This document shows, in pieces, positions 43,472 to 53,085 of a stretch of 64,000 nt of DNA. Source of the stretch: an uncultured bacterium (GTDB lineage: Bacteria; Verrucomicrobiota; Verrucomicrobiia; Limisphaerales; J093); the NCBI GenBank assembly GCA_963735925.1, contig CAVTMT010000009.1:100696-164695 (forward strand), given 5' to 3'. A model generated the notes under the pieces. The model worked only from the letters and a program-made list of their open reading frames with translations, was not told the origin of the DNA and made no database searches. Position 1 is the first letter of the stretch; the number at the start of each line of letters is the position of its first letter. A program made the position numbers and the translations under genes.

Positions 43472-45420
43472 TGCGGCACCCATGAGGCGACTCAGTGCGG
43501 TCGTGCTGAAACGCGACGGGCGCGCCGTGCTCTGGGAGTTGGGCAAACTGGGGGCGGTTCAATTGACACGGACCCAGGCTGGCGAGGCTGGCGCTCCGTT
43601 GCCGCCGCCGAATCGCACGCGGGAGATCGCGCGGTGCGATCGAATCCAGTCGCGCGTCGCTGAACTTCGCCGGGCACTCCCGGTGGGGCGGCCGGCCGGC
43701 GGCTCGCCCTCGCAGGAGTTGGCGCTTGAGACCGTCGAGGCCAGGCTGGCCGAACTGGAGTCGAAGGCACACGCGCTGATGAGTCGCCGGGAGCATGGCC
43801 TGCGACGTTTGGGCGAGTTGGACAGCACCGCCCGGCAACTGGCGGGGCTAGGCGGATTGAATTTGCCACTCGATGAGGTCGGCCGGTTCGAGTTCCTGCA
43901 CTTTGTCACCGGGAGTCTGCCGGAGGGGGCGCTGGCGCGGCTCGAGGTCGGGGACGGCGCGGCTCTGCTCCCGCTGCCGACTCAGGGAGGACGCGAATCG
44001 CTCCTCGCCGTGACGACCCGATCGCGCCGGACCTCGTTGGACGACGCTTTAGGGCGGGTCGGTTTCCAGCCCGAGAAGCTGCCCGCCGCGAACGGCGTTA
44101 CGGTCGATGAACTGGCGGCCAGAACGCAACGCGAGCGAGCGGAGATCCGTTCGGAGGTCGAGCGATCGCGTGCAGAGTTGGAGGCGCTCGCCGCGGACGC
44201 CGCCAGGCCACTCGCCGAGCTCGAAGCTTCGGCCGAAACAGAACGGCGTCTGCTGGAGGCAGAGCAATGCGCCCCGCGAACCGAGGCGACGGTCTCTGAT
44301 CACGGGTTGGATTCCGGAAGCGGCGGTGCCCGAAGTCCGGGTGCAACTGCTCGAGCGGACCGGCGGCTGCTGCGTCGTGGAAGCCCTCCCCCCCGGCGAG
44401 GTGCGGGAGGAGGACATCCCGGTGCTTTTGAGGCACTCGCGATGGCTGCGCCCCTTCGCGATGCTTGTGTCGGCGTACGGCCTGCCGAAATACGGCGAAC
44501 TGGTGCCCACGCTGTTCGTCGCGATCAGCTACTCGCTGATGTTCGGCATGATGTTTGGTGACGTGGGGCACGGCGGCTTGCTGGCGCTCGGCGGACTGAT
44601 CGCGCTGCGGCTGAGTCGCGCGCCACGGGTTCGCGACCTGGGAATCCTGCTCCTGGTCAACGGCCTTTCCAGCGCGGCGTTCGGCGCCGTGTATGGGAGT
44701 TGCTTCGGCATTCCGCGTCTCAAGGAGCACGCCTTGTGGCACGACCCGCTGGAAGCCGACCCGATGGTGCTGATGCAGCTTGCGATCGGCGTCGGCGTCG
44801 TGCTGATGAGCATCGGCCTGTGGCTCAATATCGTGAATCGTCTGCGCCATCGGCACTGGGTGGACGGCCTGCTCGGCAAGTTCGGCGTGGTGGGTGTGGT
44901 CTTCTACTGGGGCGCGCTGGCGCTCATTGCGCAGGCGGCGGCCATTCGCGCCCAGGGCTGGTGGACGCTGGCAGGGGTGGTCTTGCTCGGGCTGCCCCTC
45001 CTCTGCTGGGCGCTGAAGGAGCCGCTGGAACTCCTCCTGCGCCGGCGCGCCGGGCACGCGTCGGAGAGCGATGGCCTGGTCACCGCCGTCATCGAATCGC
45101 TCGTGGGCGCATTCGAGGGCGTGCTGCTCTACCTCGCCAACACCGTCAGCTTCGTGCGTCTGGCCGCCTATGCAATGAGCCACGCGGCCTTGCTGCTGGC
45201 CACGTTTACGTTGGCGACGGAGGTCGGGCGCGTCCCCGCCGGCGGCCCGGTGCTCAGCGTGATGGTGGTGGTCGCCGGCAATCTGGTGGCGATGGTTCTC
45301 GAGGGCATCGTGGCTGCCGTGCAGGCGCTGCGCCTCGAATACTACGAGTTCTTCGGGAAGTTCTTCTCCGGTGAAGGCAGGCCATTCAAACCTTTCTCGC
45401 TGGCTGCCGAACCGGCTTGA
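43464..45420 (+). pseudogene. atpI: V-type ATP synthase subunit I (a subunit), frameshifted near 44294-44297
   Basis: The N-terminal cytoplasmic part is in the ORF 43464.. (...APRTEATVS). The membrane part is in the ORF 44107..45420 (LITGWIPEAAVPEV...FGMMFGDVGHGG...LRLEYYEFFGKFF). Removing one nt in gtcTctg restores ATVLITGW. Confidence 0.8.
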
Positions 45421-45486
45421 CGAACGAGAACGCCTGCGCCCCGGCCATCCGGCCGGACGCGGCAAACCCTGAAAGGGAGACAACGC

Positions 45487-45822
45487 ATGAAAGAGTCATC
45501 GGACTGGTGGTTCAAGGCGCTTCTCGGGGGCGCGCTGTTGCTGGCCCCGGCGCTGCTGGCTGCCGAGTTGGGCTCCACCGCGACGGCCGACGTGAAGGGC
45601 GATGCCTACCGGACCATCGGCCTTGGCGCGGCGGCGGCGTTTGCGGTCGCCGTAAGTGTCCTCGGCGCGGGCTACGCCGTGGGCAAGATCGGCTCGGCGG
45701 CGCTCGGGGCGGCGGTCGAGAAACCGGAACTGCTCATCCGCAGCCTGCTGTTCGTGGCGCTGGCGGAAGGCTTGGCGGTCCTCGGCTTCGCCGTGGCCAT
45801 GATGCTCGTGCAGAAGATGTGA
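45487..45822 (+). CDS. atpK: V-type ATP synthase subunit K (proteolipid c)
   Basis: It has Gly/Ala-rich TM hairpins (IGLGAAAAFAVAVSVLGAGYAVGKIGSAALGA) and a carboxylate in FVALAEGLAVLGF. Confidence 0.8.
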   Translation: MKESSDWWFKALLGGALLLAPALLAAELGSTATADVKGDAYRTIGLGAAAAFAVAVSVLGAGYAVGKIGSAALGAAVEKPELLIRSLLFVALAEGLAVLGFAVAMMLVQKM

Positions 45823-45837
45823 GCAGGGAGGCCGACG

Positions 45838-46161
45838 GTGAAATTCTACTGCATCGCGGATGAGGACACGGTGCGCGGATTCCGCCTGGCCGGGGTCGAG
45901 GGCTGCGCGGTGACCTCCGCGACGGAGGCCGCCGACGCTCTCGAGGCCGCGGCCGCACGCTCCGGGCATGGCATCGTCATCCTCACGCAGCCGGTGGCGG
46001 CGTGGCTGCGCGAGCAGGTGGACGCCTTCCGGCTGGAGCGCGATGATCCGCTGCTCGTGGAGATTCCCGGGCCGGGCGGTCCGCTGGCCGGACGCCAGAC
46101 GCTGCGCCAGCTCGTGCAGTCGGCCGTCGGCATCCACATGGACCAGGGGAAGGGCGACTGA
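45838..46161 (+). CDS. atpF: V-type ATP synthase subunit F
   Basis: It has a GTG start and reads KFYCIADEDTVRGFRLAGVEG...GIVILTQ. Confidence 0.75.
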   Translation: MKFYCIADEDTVRGFRLAGVEGCAVTSATEAADALEAAAARSGHGIVILTQPVAAWLREQVDAFRLERDDPLLVEIPGPGGPLAGRQTLRQLVQSAVGIHMDQGKGD

Positions 46162-46803
46162 GTGCCCACGCCGAATTCCAACGCTCCCGAAAGGTTGCGC
46201 CAGGTGATTCTCGAAGAAGCCCGGCGGGAGAAGGAGGCACTGCTCCATCGCGCACGGCAGCAGGCGGACGCCATCGTCGCGAAGGCGGACAAGGAGGCGG
46301 GGCAATTCCGGAGAGAGCGGCTGGACGCCGCTCGAGCCGAGGCGAAGCGGCGAAGCGAAGCCATCCTCGCGACCGTGCCGGTCGAAGTCGGTCGCAGGCG
46401 CTTGGCGCAAATCGAGGTCCTGCTCCAGGCGATACACGACCAGGCCGGGGAGCGGCTCCGTGTCCGGAGCGGCTTCGACTTGCGGCAGTTCCTCATCGGG
46501 CAATCCGCCGAAGCCCTCCGGCAGATGGCGGGCGACGCGTTTCAGCTTCGGCTTTCCGTCGCCGACCGCCGCGCATTGGGCGACGGGCTGGTCGCGGAGA
46601 TACAACAGCAGCCCGGCTGCTCCTCGCTGAAGCTCCGGCTCGTCGCGGACGCCGAGCTGAAGGACGGCGACGCGCTGGTCGAAGACGAAGCCGGTTCCCA
46701 GGTCTGGAACCTGAGCCCGCCAGCGCGGCTGGAACGGTGCTGGCCGGAACTGCGGCGGCAAATCGCGGCGCACCCCGCGCTCCTGGAGCAAGGCACCGCA
46801 TGA
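46162..46803 (+). CDS. atpE: V-type ATP synthase subunit E
   Basis: It reads ERLRQVILEEARREKEALLHRARQQADAIVAKADKEAGQF, an N-terminal long helix followed by a globular tail. The GTG start abuts the F stop. Confidence 0.7.
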   Translation: MPTPNSNAPERLRQVILEEARREKEALLHRARQQADAIVAKADKEAGQFRRERLDAARAEAKRRSEAILATVPVEVGRRRLAQIEVLLQAIHDQAGERLRVRSGFDLRQFLIGQSAEALRQMAGDAFQLRLSVADRRALGDGLVAEIQQQPGCSSLKLRLVADAELKDGDALVEDEAGSQVWNLSPPARLERCWPELRRQIAAHPALLEQGTA

Positions 46804-48596
46804 ACGCCTTCCCCGACGGCACCCAGCCAACGGTCGTCCGCATCAGCGGGCCGATCGTGACCGCCGTCGGCATGCGGTCCGCCGCGATGTACGAGGTCGT
46901 GCATGTCGGGGAGGCTGGCTTGGTGGGCGAGGTGGTGCGCCTCGTGGGCGACCGCGCCACCATCCAGGTCTATGAGGACACGACGATGCTCAAGCCCGGC
47001 GCGCCGGTCCGTTGCACCGGTGCTCCGCTGTCGGTGTGGCTCGGGCCGGGTCTGATCGGAAACATCTACGACGGCATCCAGCGTCCGTTGCCGGGCATCC
47101 AGGAGCGCAGCGGCGCGTGGATTCAGCGCGGCGAGAAGGTCGATCCGCTCGATCTCACCCGGCGCTGGCCGTTCGAGCCCCACGTGCGGCGAGGCGACAC
47201 GGTCACGGCCGGGCAGGTCTTTGGGGAGGTGCCCGAAACCGAGTTGGTGCGGCATCGGGCGTTGGTTCCCCCGGAGGTCGCCGGCCAGGTGAAATCGGTG
47301 GTGCCGGCAGGCGAATACACTCTGCGCGACCCGCTGGCGGTCATCGGGACGACCGGCGGCGAGCGCGCGATCACCCTGCTGCAGCGGTGGCCCGTGCGAC
47401 AGCCCCGTCCGATTCGCGAACGCTGGCGCGTCAGCCTGCCGCTCCTCACCGGCCAGCGCGTCATTGACACGTTCTTCCCGATGGGCAAGGGCGGCGCCGG
47501 GGCGATTCCCGGCGGCTTTGGCACCGGCAAGACGATCACCCAGCATCAACTCGCCAGGTGGTCGGACGCCGAGATCATCGTCTTCATCGGCTGTGGCGAA
47601 CGCGGCAACGAAATGACGAGCGTGTTGCGCGAATTCCCCGAGTTGAAGGACCCCCGCTCCGGTCGGCCATTGATGGAGCGCACCATCCTGATCGCCAACA
47701 CGTCGAACATGCCCGTGGCGGCGCGCGAGGTGTCCATCTACACCGGGATCACGCTGGCGGAGTATTACCGCGATCAAGGCCGGAGCGTCGCGGTGTTCGC
47801 GGACTCCACCAGTCGCTGGGCCGAGGCCCTGCGCGAACTCGCGGCGCGCCTGGAGGAAATGCCCGCCGAGGAAGGTTTCCCCGCCACGCTGGCGACGCGA
47901 CTGGCGCAGTTCTACGAGCGCGGCGGCGCCGTCACGACGCTGGCGGGACAGCCGGCTTCGGTGACCATCGTCGGCGCCGTGAGTCCGCCGGGCGGCGACT
48001 TCTCCGAGCCGGTGACGCAGCACACGCGGCGGTTCATTCGCTGCTTCTGGGCGCTGGACACCGAACTGGCCAACGCCCGCCACTATCCGGCGATTCACTG
48101 GCTGCAATCCTACTCCGAATACGCCGAGAACGTCGCCGCGTGGTGGGAGCAGCAGGCGCCCGACTGGAGCGAACTGCGCACCGAGGCGCTGACGCTGCTC
48201 CAGCGCGAGGAACGCTTGCAGCAGGTGGTCCGGCTCGTCGGTCCCGACGTGCTGCCGGATTCGCAGCGCCTGATCCTGTTCATCGCCGAAATTCTGAAGG
48301 ACGGTTTTCTGGCGCAGAGCGCCTACCACGAGAAGGACACGTTTTGCGCTCCGGAACGCCAGGTGGCGTTACTGCGCCTCATCCTGACCCTTTACCGCCG
48401 GGCGCATGAACTCGTGGAGACGGGCATCGCGCTGGCGCGGGTGAAGGAGCTCCCCTGCGTGCCCCAGGTGCTGCACGCCAAGGAGACCTTCGGCAACGAC
48501 GAATTGCAGCCGCTGGCGGAACTGGAGCTGCGCCTTCGCGAGGAACTCGATGCGCTGGCCAAGCAATCCGTGAAGGAAGGGCAACCGGATGGCTGA
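46800..48596 (+). CDS. atpA: V-type ATP synthase catalytic subunit A
   Basis: It has the Walker A motif [37 protein letters not shown] and the segment [22 protein letters not shown]. It overlaps E by ATGA. Confidence 0.9.
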   Translation: MNAFPDGTQPTVVRISGPIVTAVGMRSAAMYEVVHVGEAGLVGEVVRLVGDRATIQVYEDTTMLKPGAPVRCTGAPLSVWLGPGLIGNIYDGIQRPLPGIQERSGAWIQRGEKVDPLDLTRRWPFEPHVRRGDTVTAGQVFGEVPETELVRHRALVPPEVAGQVKSVVPAGEYTLRDPLAVIGTTGGERAITLLQRWPVRQPRPIRERWRVSLPLLTGQRVIDTFFPMGKGGAGAIPGGFGTGKTITQHQLARWSDAEIIVFIGCGERGNEMTSVLREFPELKDPRSGRPLMERTILIANTSNMPVAAREVSIYTGITLAEYYRDQGRSVAVFADSTSRWAEALRELAARLEEMPAEEGFPATLATRLAQFYERGGAVTTLAGQPASVTIVGAVSPPGGDFSEPVTQHTRRFIRCFWALDTELANARHYPAIHWLQSYSEYAENVAAWWEQQAPDWSELRTEALTLLQREERLQQVVRLVGPDVLPDSQRLILFIAEILKDGFLAQSAYHEKDTFCAPERQVALLRLILTLYRRAHELVETGIALARVKELPCVPQVLHAKETFGNDELQPLAELELRLREELDALAKQSVKEGQPDG

Positions 48597-50024
48597 ACTC
48601 AACTTCACCGTTCACGATCGCGGCCTGCAATACGTCGGCTCGGCGCGCATCGACGGGCCGCTCGTCGTCGTCGAGCGCGTTCGCGACGTCGGCTTCGACG
48701 AGGTGGTGGAAATCCTGGATTCCGAAGGCCGCCCGCGCGTCGGGCGCGTGCTCGACGTGTCGGCGGAGCAGGCCGTCATCCAGGTGCTCGAAGGCACCAC
48801 CGGGGCTTTCCAACGAGAGCCTCCGGGCCCGCTTCCTCGGCGAGAGTTTTCGCCTGCCGGTCTCGCGGCACATGCTGGGGCGCGTCTTCGACGGCCTGGG
48901 CCGCCCCGCGGACGGCGGCCCTCCGCCGCTGTCGGCCGATCTGCGCGATGTCAACGGACGCCCGATCAATCCCTGCGCCCGGCGCTATCCGCGCGAGTTC
49001 ATCCAGACCGGCCTTTCCGCCATTGACGGCATGAACGCGCTGGTCCGCGGGCAGAAGCTGCCGATGTTCTCCGGCAACGGACTGCCCCACGACCGCGTCT
49101 CGGCGCAGATCGTCCGACAGGCGCTGCCTGCTGGAGGAGCAGACGGACTTCTCGATTGTCTTCGCGGCGATGGGCGTGAAGCACGAGGTGGCCGACTTCT
49201 TCATCCGCAACTTCGAGGACTCCGGCGCGCTGGCGCGGACCCTGATGTTCCTCTGCCTGGCCGACGCGCCGAGCGTCGAGCGGCTGCTGACGCCGCGCGT
49301 CGCGCTCACCGTCGCCGAGCACCTCGCCTTCGACTGCGGCCAGCACGTGCTCGTGCTGTTGACGGACATGACGAACTATTGCGAGAGCCTGCGCGAAGTC
49401 GGCACCGCCCGCGGCGAGATTCCCGGCCGGAAGGGCTACCCCGGCTATCTTTACTCCGACCTCGCCAGCATCTACGAGCGCGCCGGACGCATCGAAGGCT
49501 CGGCCGGCTCCATCACGCAGATGGCGATCCTCACCATGCCCGCCGACGACATCAGCCACCCCGTGCCGGACCTGACGGGCTACATCACGGAGGGTCAGAT
49601 CGTGCTGGACCGGGAACTGTTCCAGCGCGGCATTTACCCGCCGATCGCCGGCCTGCCGAGCTTGTCGCGGCTGATGAAGGACGGCGTCGGCAAGGGCTTC
49701 ACGCGCGAAGACCATCCCGCGCTCGCGAGCCAGTTGTTCGCGTGTTACGCCTATGTGAAGCAAGTCCGTGCGCTCGCCGATGTCATCGGCGAGGAGGAAC
49801 TGAACGCCCTCGACAAGCAGTACATGCAGTTCGGCGAGGCCTTCGAGCGGCGCTTCCTCCACCAGGGGGAATACGAAAACCGCTCCATCGAGACCACCCT
49901 CGAACTCGGCTGGGACGTGCTGTCAACGCTCCCCCGCGACGAACTCCACCGCGTGAGCGATGCGCTGGTGGAAGCGCATTACCGCCAACCGACGGCCCAA
50001 CCCGCAGTCGCCGAAGTCACATGA
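48589..50024 (+). pseudogene. atpB: V-type ATP synthase subunit B, two frameshifts (about 48802-48805 and 49127-49128)
   Basis: The protein is split over three track ORFs: 48589.. (...[10 protein letters not shown]), 48872.. ([11 protein letters not shown]...AQIVRQA) and 49170..50024 ([10 protein letters not shown]...[22 protein letters not shown]). A GGGG run and a CC each hold one extra base. Confidence 0.85.
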
Positions 50025-50163
50025 AGTTCGAAAGCCGCAAGCCGGAAGCCGAAGGAAGGCCCCCGCCCGGAGCCTCCGGCCGCGAATGTCGCGTTGGCGT
50101 TCCCGATTTCGGATTCCGGGTCCCGTTCGGACGCCGGACTCCGGACGCCGGACTTTCCTCATC

Positions 50164-50880
50164 ATGACCAAGCTCAACGTCCCACCCACCAAGTCCACGC
50201 TCCTGGCGTTGAAGCGCCAGCTTGCCTTCGCCGAGGAGGGCTACGACCTGCTCGACCAGAAGCGGCAGATTCTCATCTTCGAGTTGATGAGCCGCCTGGA
50301 CCGGGCGCAGGCGGCCGAGCTTCGTGTAGAGGCAGCCGTGGGCCGCGCCCACGCCGCCCTGCGCGAGGCGCTGCTGGACGTCGGCTCCGACGCCATCGAC
50401 CGCGCCGCCCTCGGCGTCCGGATGGATCACCGGGTGACGCTCTCTCCCCAGCCCCTGATGGGCCTGCGCCTGCCCCGGGTGGAGGCTGAGCTGGAGGCAC
50501 CCGGCGCGCGGTTCGGTCTCGGCGACACGTCCGCGCACACCGACCTGGCCATGCAACGCTTCGTCGCAGTCCTGCCGCTCCTGGCAGAACTGGCCGGGTT
50601 GGAGAACGCCGTCATCCGCCTGGCGCGCGAACTGCGCAAGACCCAGCGCCGCTGCAACGCCCTCTCCAAGATCTTCATCCCGGCGCACCAGGAGACGATC
50701 ACCTACATCACCGCCTCGCTCGAAGAACGAGAGCGCGAGTCCTTCACCATCTTGAAGATGATCCGTGAGCGCTATGGGGGCACCGGTCACGGCCCGCAGC
50801 CAGGCGATCGCCGTGGGGGGCAAACTGCCGGGCCCCGACATGCACTCGCGCGCCGTCGGCCGGCAGAGGCGCACCATTGA
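50164..50880 (+). CDS. atpD: V-type ATP synthase subunit D
   Basis: It reads [41 protein letters not shown]...[11 protein letters not shown]. The ATG at 50164 lies within the track ORF 49960..50880. Confidence 0.8.
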   Translation: MTKLNVPPTKSTLLALKRQLAFAEEGYDLLDQKRQILIFELMSRLDRAQAAELRVEAAVGRAHAALREALLDVGSDAIDRAALGVRMDHRVTLSPQPLMGLRLPRVEAELEAPGARFGLGDTSAHTDLAMQRFVAVLPLLAELAGLENAVIRLARELRKTQRRCNALSKIFIPAHQETITYITASLEERERESFTILKMIRERYGGTGHGPQPGDRRGGQTAGPRHALARRRPAEAHH

Positions 50881-51208
50881 AACCGAATCCGCGCCGCCCG
50901 ATGACGGCGGTCGCCCCCTGCCCTTCAGCCCTCGAGGCGATACGGTGCGGTTCGGTTGCGCCTGCACGGGTCACCGCGACTCGGCACGGCCTCTGCCACG
51001 GACGCTGACGATCCGCTTTACGTGCCGCACCCCATCGCCGGGCGCGAGTGACGGATTCCGGATCACGGGTTTCGCCGGACATCACGAGGTCTGGCGGCGG
51101 TGAGTCGTGTGCACAATCCCGTTGCCGCCGAAGGCGGGCCACTGCACTGTTCATTCCCAGCCGCTCGTGGCCGGCACGCCCGTCACAGGCGGACGTGGCG
51201 GTGCAGCG

Positions 51209-53032
51209 ATGTCCTCTATGACTACATCTTCCAAGCCGGCTCAAATCGTCTTCAGCCTTTCCTTGCTGCTCGCCTTGCCGGTGCTCTGCTGGGCAGGCAT
51301 TCGGCAGGACTCCGCGGCCCCGATGCGGGCGGGTGCCAGACAATCGCCCCAGCCGGGCGACGCCGACTTTCCGACCCCGGCGCCCAGTGCGCGTCACACG
51401 GAGAAGGTCGCCGCGGTCCAGGCGGGTCACTACGATCTGGTGCTGATCGGCGATTCCATCGTTCACTCGCTCGGCGAGTTGGGCGGAAAGTACGAACCGC
51501 TCCAGTCGGTTTGGCTGCGCCACTTCGCGCCGCGCAACGCCATCAACCTCGGATATAACGGCTACCGCACGGAGCAGATCCTGTGGAATCTGCAAAACGG
51601 CGAACTCGAGTTCGGCCGCCCCCCCAAAGTCGCGATCCTGCTCATCGGCACCAACAACAGCGACGACCGGCATTTCTCCCAGGTCCACACGGCGGAGGAG
51701 ATTTTCGCCGGGACCCGGGCGATTGTGGACCTCATCCGGCAACGTCATCCGACCACAAAGATTCTGGTGCTTCGCATCTTTCCCCGGGGCGGCGACAGCG
51801 AGACCGGCGTGAGCCCGCCGGCCTTCAACTCGTCCTCGGAGTGCCTCGAAACCTGCCGCCGGGCCGGAGAACTGACGGCGCAACTCGCCGACGGGCAGCA
51901 CGTCTTCTGGCTGGATGTGAACCATGTCTTTCTGCGGCCGGACGGCACCATCAACACGGACCTGATGTGGGATCTGCTGCACCCGAGCCCCGCGGGTGCC
52001 GAAGCCTGGGCGCAGGCCATCGAGCCGACCCTGGCGCAATTGATGGGCGACCAACCGCTGGCGGTCGAGGTGCCCGGCAATTCCGCCCTGATACCCGTAC
52101 CGAAACTGGAGAATGACAGCTATGACTGGTATGCCCGTCACGCCGCTGTGCTGCGCGTCAAGGAGACCCTCCGCCCCGAAGTGGTGCTGATCGGCGACTC
52201 GATCACTCACTTCTGGGGCGGCGAACCCAAGGCCAGCCAGGCCAACGGCCCGCGGAGTTGGCAGTCCACTTTTGGCCGGTACCGCACCTTGAATCTGGGC
52301 TTCGGCTGGGACCGTATCCAGAATGTCCTCTGGCGGATTGACCACGGCGAATTGGATGGCTTGCGCCCCCGGGTCATCGTGCTTCACATCGGCACGAACA
52401 ACACCAGCGAGACGCCCAACGCCCGCCGGAATTCGCCGGCGGAAATCGTCGCGGGCATTCGGGCCATCCTGCAACGCATTCGGGCGAAGACGCCGGCCGC
52501 ACGAGTCATCCTCATGGCGGTCTTTCCACGCGAGCAGCAGCCCGATCACCCGCGCCGGGCCCTCCTTGCCGAGGTGAATCGATTGCTGACGGATTTCGCT
52601 CCGACGGCGGGAGTCACGTTCCTCGACCTCGGCCCCCGGTTGCTCCAGCCGGACGGCACCCTCTCGTCGGAGATCATGGCCGACTTCTGTCACCCGACGG
52701 AGAAAGGCTACCAAATCTGGGGGGACGCCCTGGCTCCTCTGCTTGCGGAAAGCGGGACCGCTCCGTCAGCGGCGGCCGCCGAAAACCCGCCGCCCGAGAA
52801 GGTCGCGCTCTGGGCGGATCAGGCCCCCGTGGGCGATGGGACGTTCGAGAAGGCCGACGCCTGCCTCACGGTCCATCGCCCCGCGTTCGCGAATGGCGCC
52901 GCGGCGGTGATCTGTCCGAGCGGCGGGTATGGAGGCTTGGTGACGGGCGCGGAGGGCACGGGGATTGCACAGGGGTTGAACCGCCACGGCATTACGAGAA
53001 TCGTGCTCGAGTACTCCAGGTGGACTGACTAA
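51209..53032 (+). CDS. Secreted tandem SGNH/GDSL esterase with truncated alpha/beta-hydrolase-like C-terminal stub
   Basis: It has a signal peptide and two SGNH units (DLVLIGDSIVHSLG..ILLIGTNN..DLLHPSPAG; EVVLIGDSITHFWGG..VLHIGTNN..DFCHPTEKG). The last ~75 aa (NGAAAVICPSGGYGGL...VLEY) stop abruptly. Confidence 0.7.
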   Translation: MSSMTTSSKPAQIVFSLSLLLALPVLCWAGIRQDSAAPMRAGARQSPQPGDADFPTPAPSARHTEKVAAVQAGHYDLVLIGDSIVHSLGELGGKYEPLQSVWLRHFAPRNAINLGYNGYRTEQILWNLQNGELEFGRPPKVAILLIGTNNSDDRHFSQVHTAEEIFAGTRAIVDLIRQRHPTTKILVLRIFPRGGDSETGVSPPAFNSSSECLETCRRAGELTAQLADGQHVFWLDVNHVFLRPDGTINTDLMWDLLHPSPAGAEAWAQAIEPTLAQLMGDQPLAVEVPGNSALIPVPKLENDSYDWYARHAAVLRVKETLRPEVVLIGDSITHFWGGEPKASQANGPRSWQSTFGRYRTLNLGFGWDRIQNVLWRIDHGELDGLRPRVIVLHIGTNNTSETPNARRNSPAEIVAGIRAILQRIRAKTPAARVILMAVFPREQQPDHPRRALLAEVNRLLTDFAPTAGVTFLDLGPRLLQPDGTLSSEIMADFCHPTEKGYQIWGDALAPLLAESGTAPSAAAAENPPPEKVALWADQAPVGDGTFEKADACLTVHRPAFANGAAAVICPSGGYGGLVTGAEGTGIAQGLNRHGITRIVLEYSRWTD

Positions 53033-53085
53033 GTGAACTCGGTCATGTTCGGCCGAGCCGGCGGTGGTAAACGGGAACGAGCACC

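Noticed and set aside
43464-50024. Programmed ribosomal frameshifting as the explanation for the breaks in V-ATPase subunits I and B
   Set aside because: There is no slippery heptamer or downstream stimulatory structure at the sites. The same single-base-insertion pattern occurs in unrelated genes (thrC, GH95, an oxidoreductase). V-ATPase subunits are not known to need recoding.
50744-52714. 656-aa minus-strand ORF, and similar long antisense ORFs (8187..9998, 14474..16630, 53029..54768, 22955..24397, 45496..46830, 46542..48329)
   Set aside because: Each is antisense to a gene with clear family motifs and has biased Arg/Gly/Pro/Ala composition. These are high-GC artefacts.
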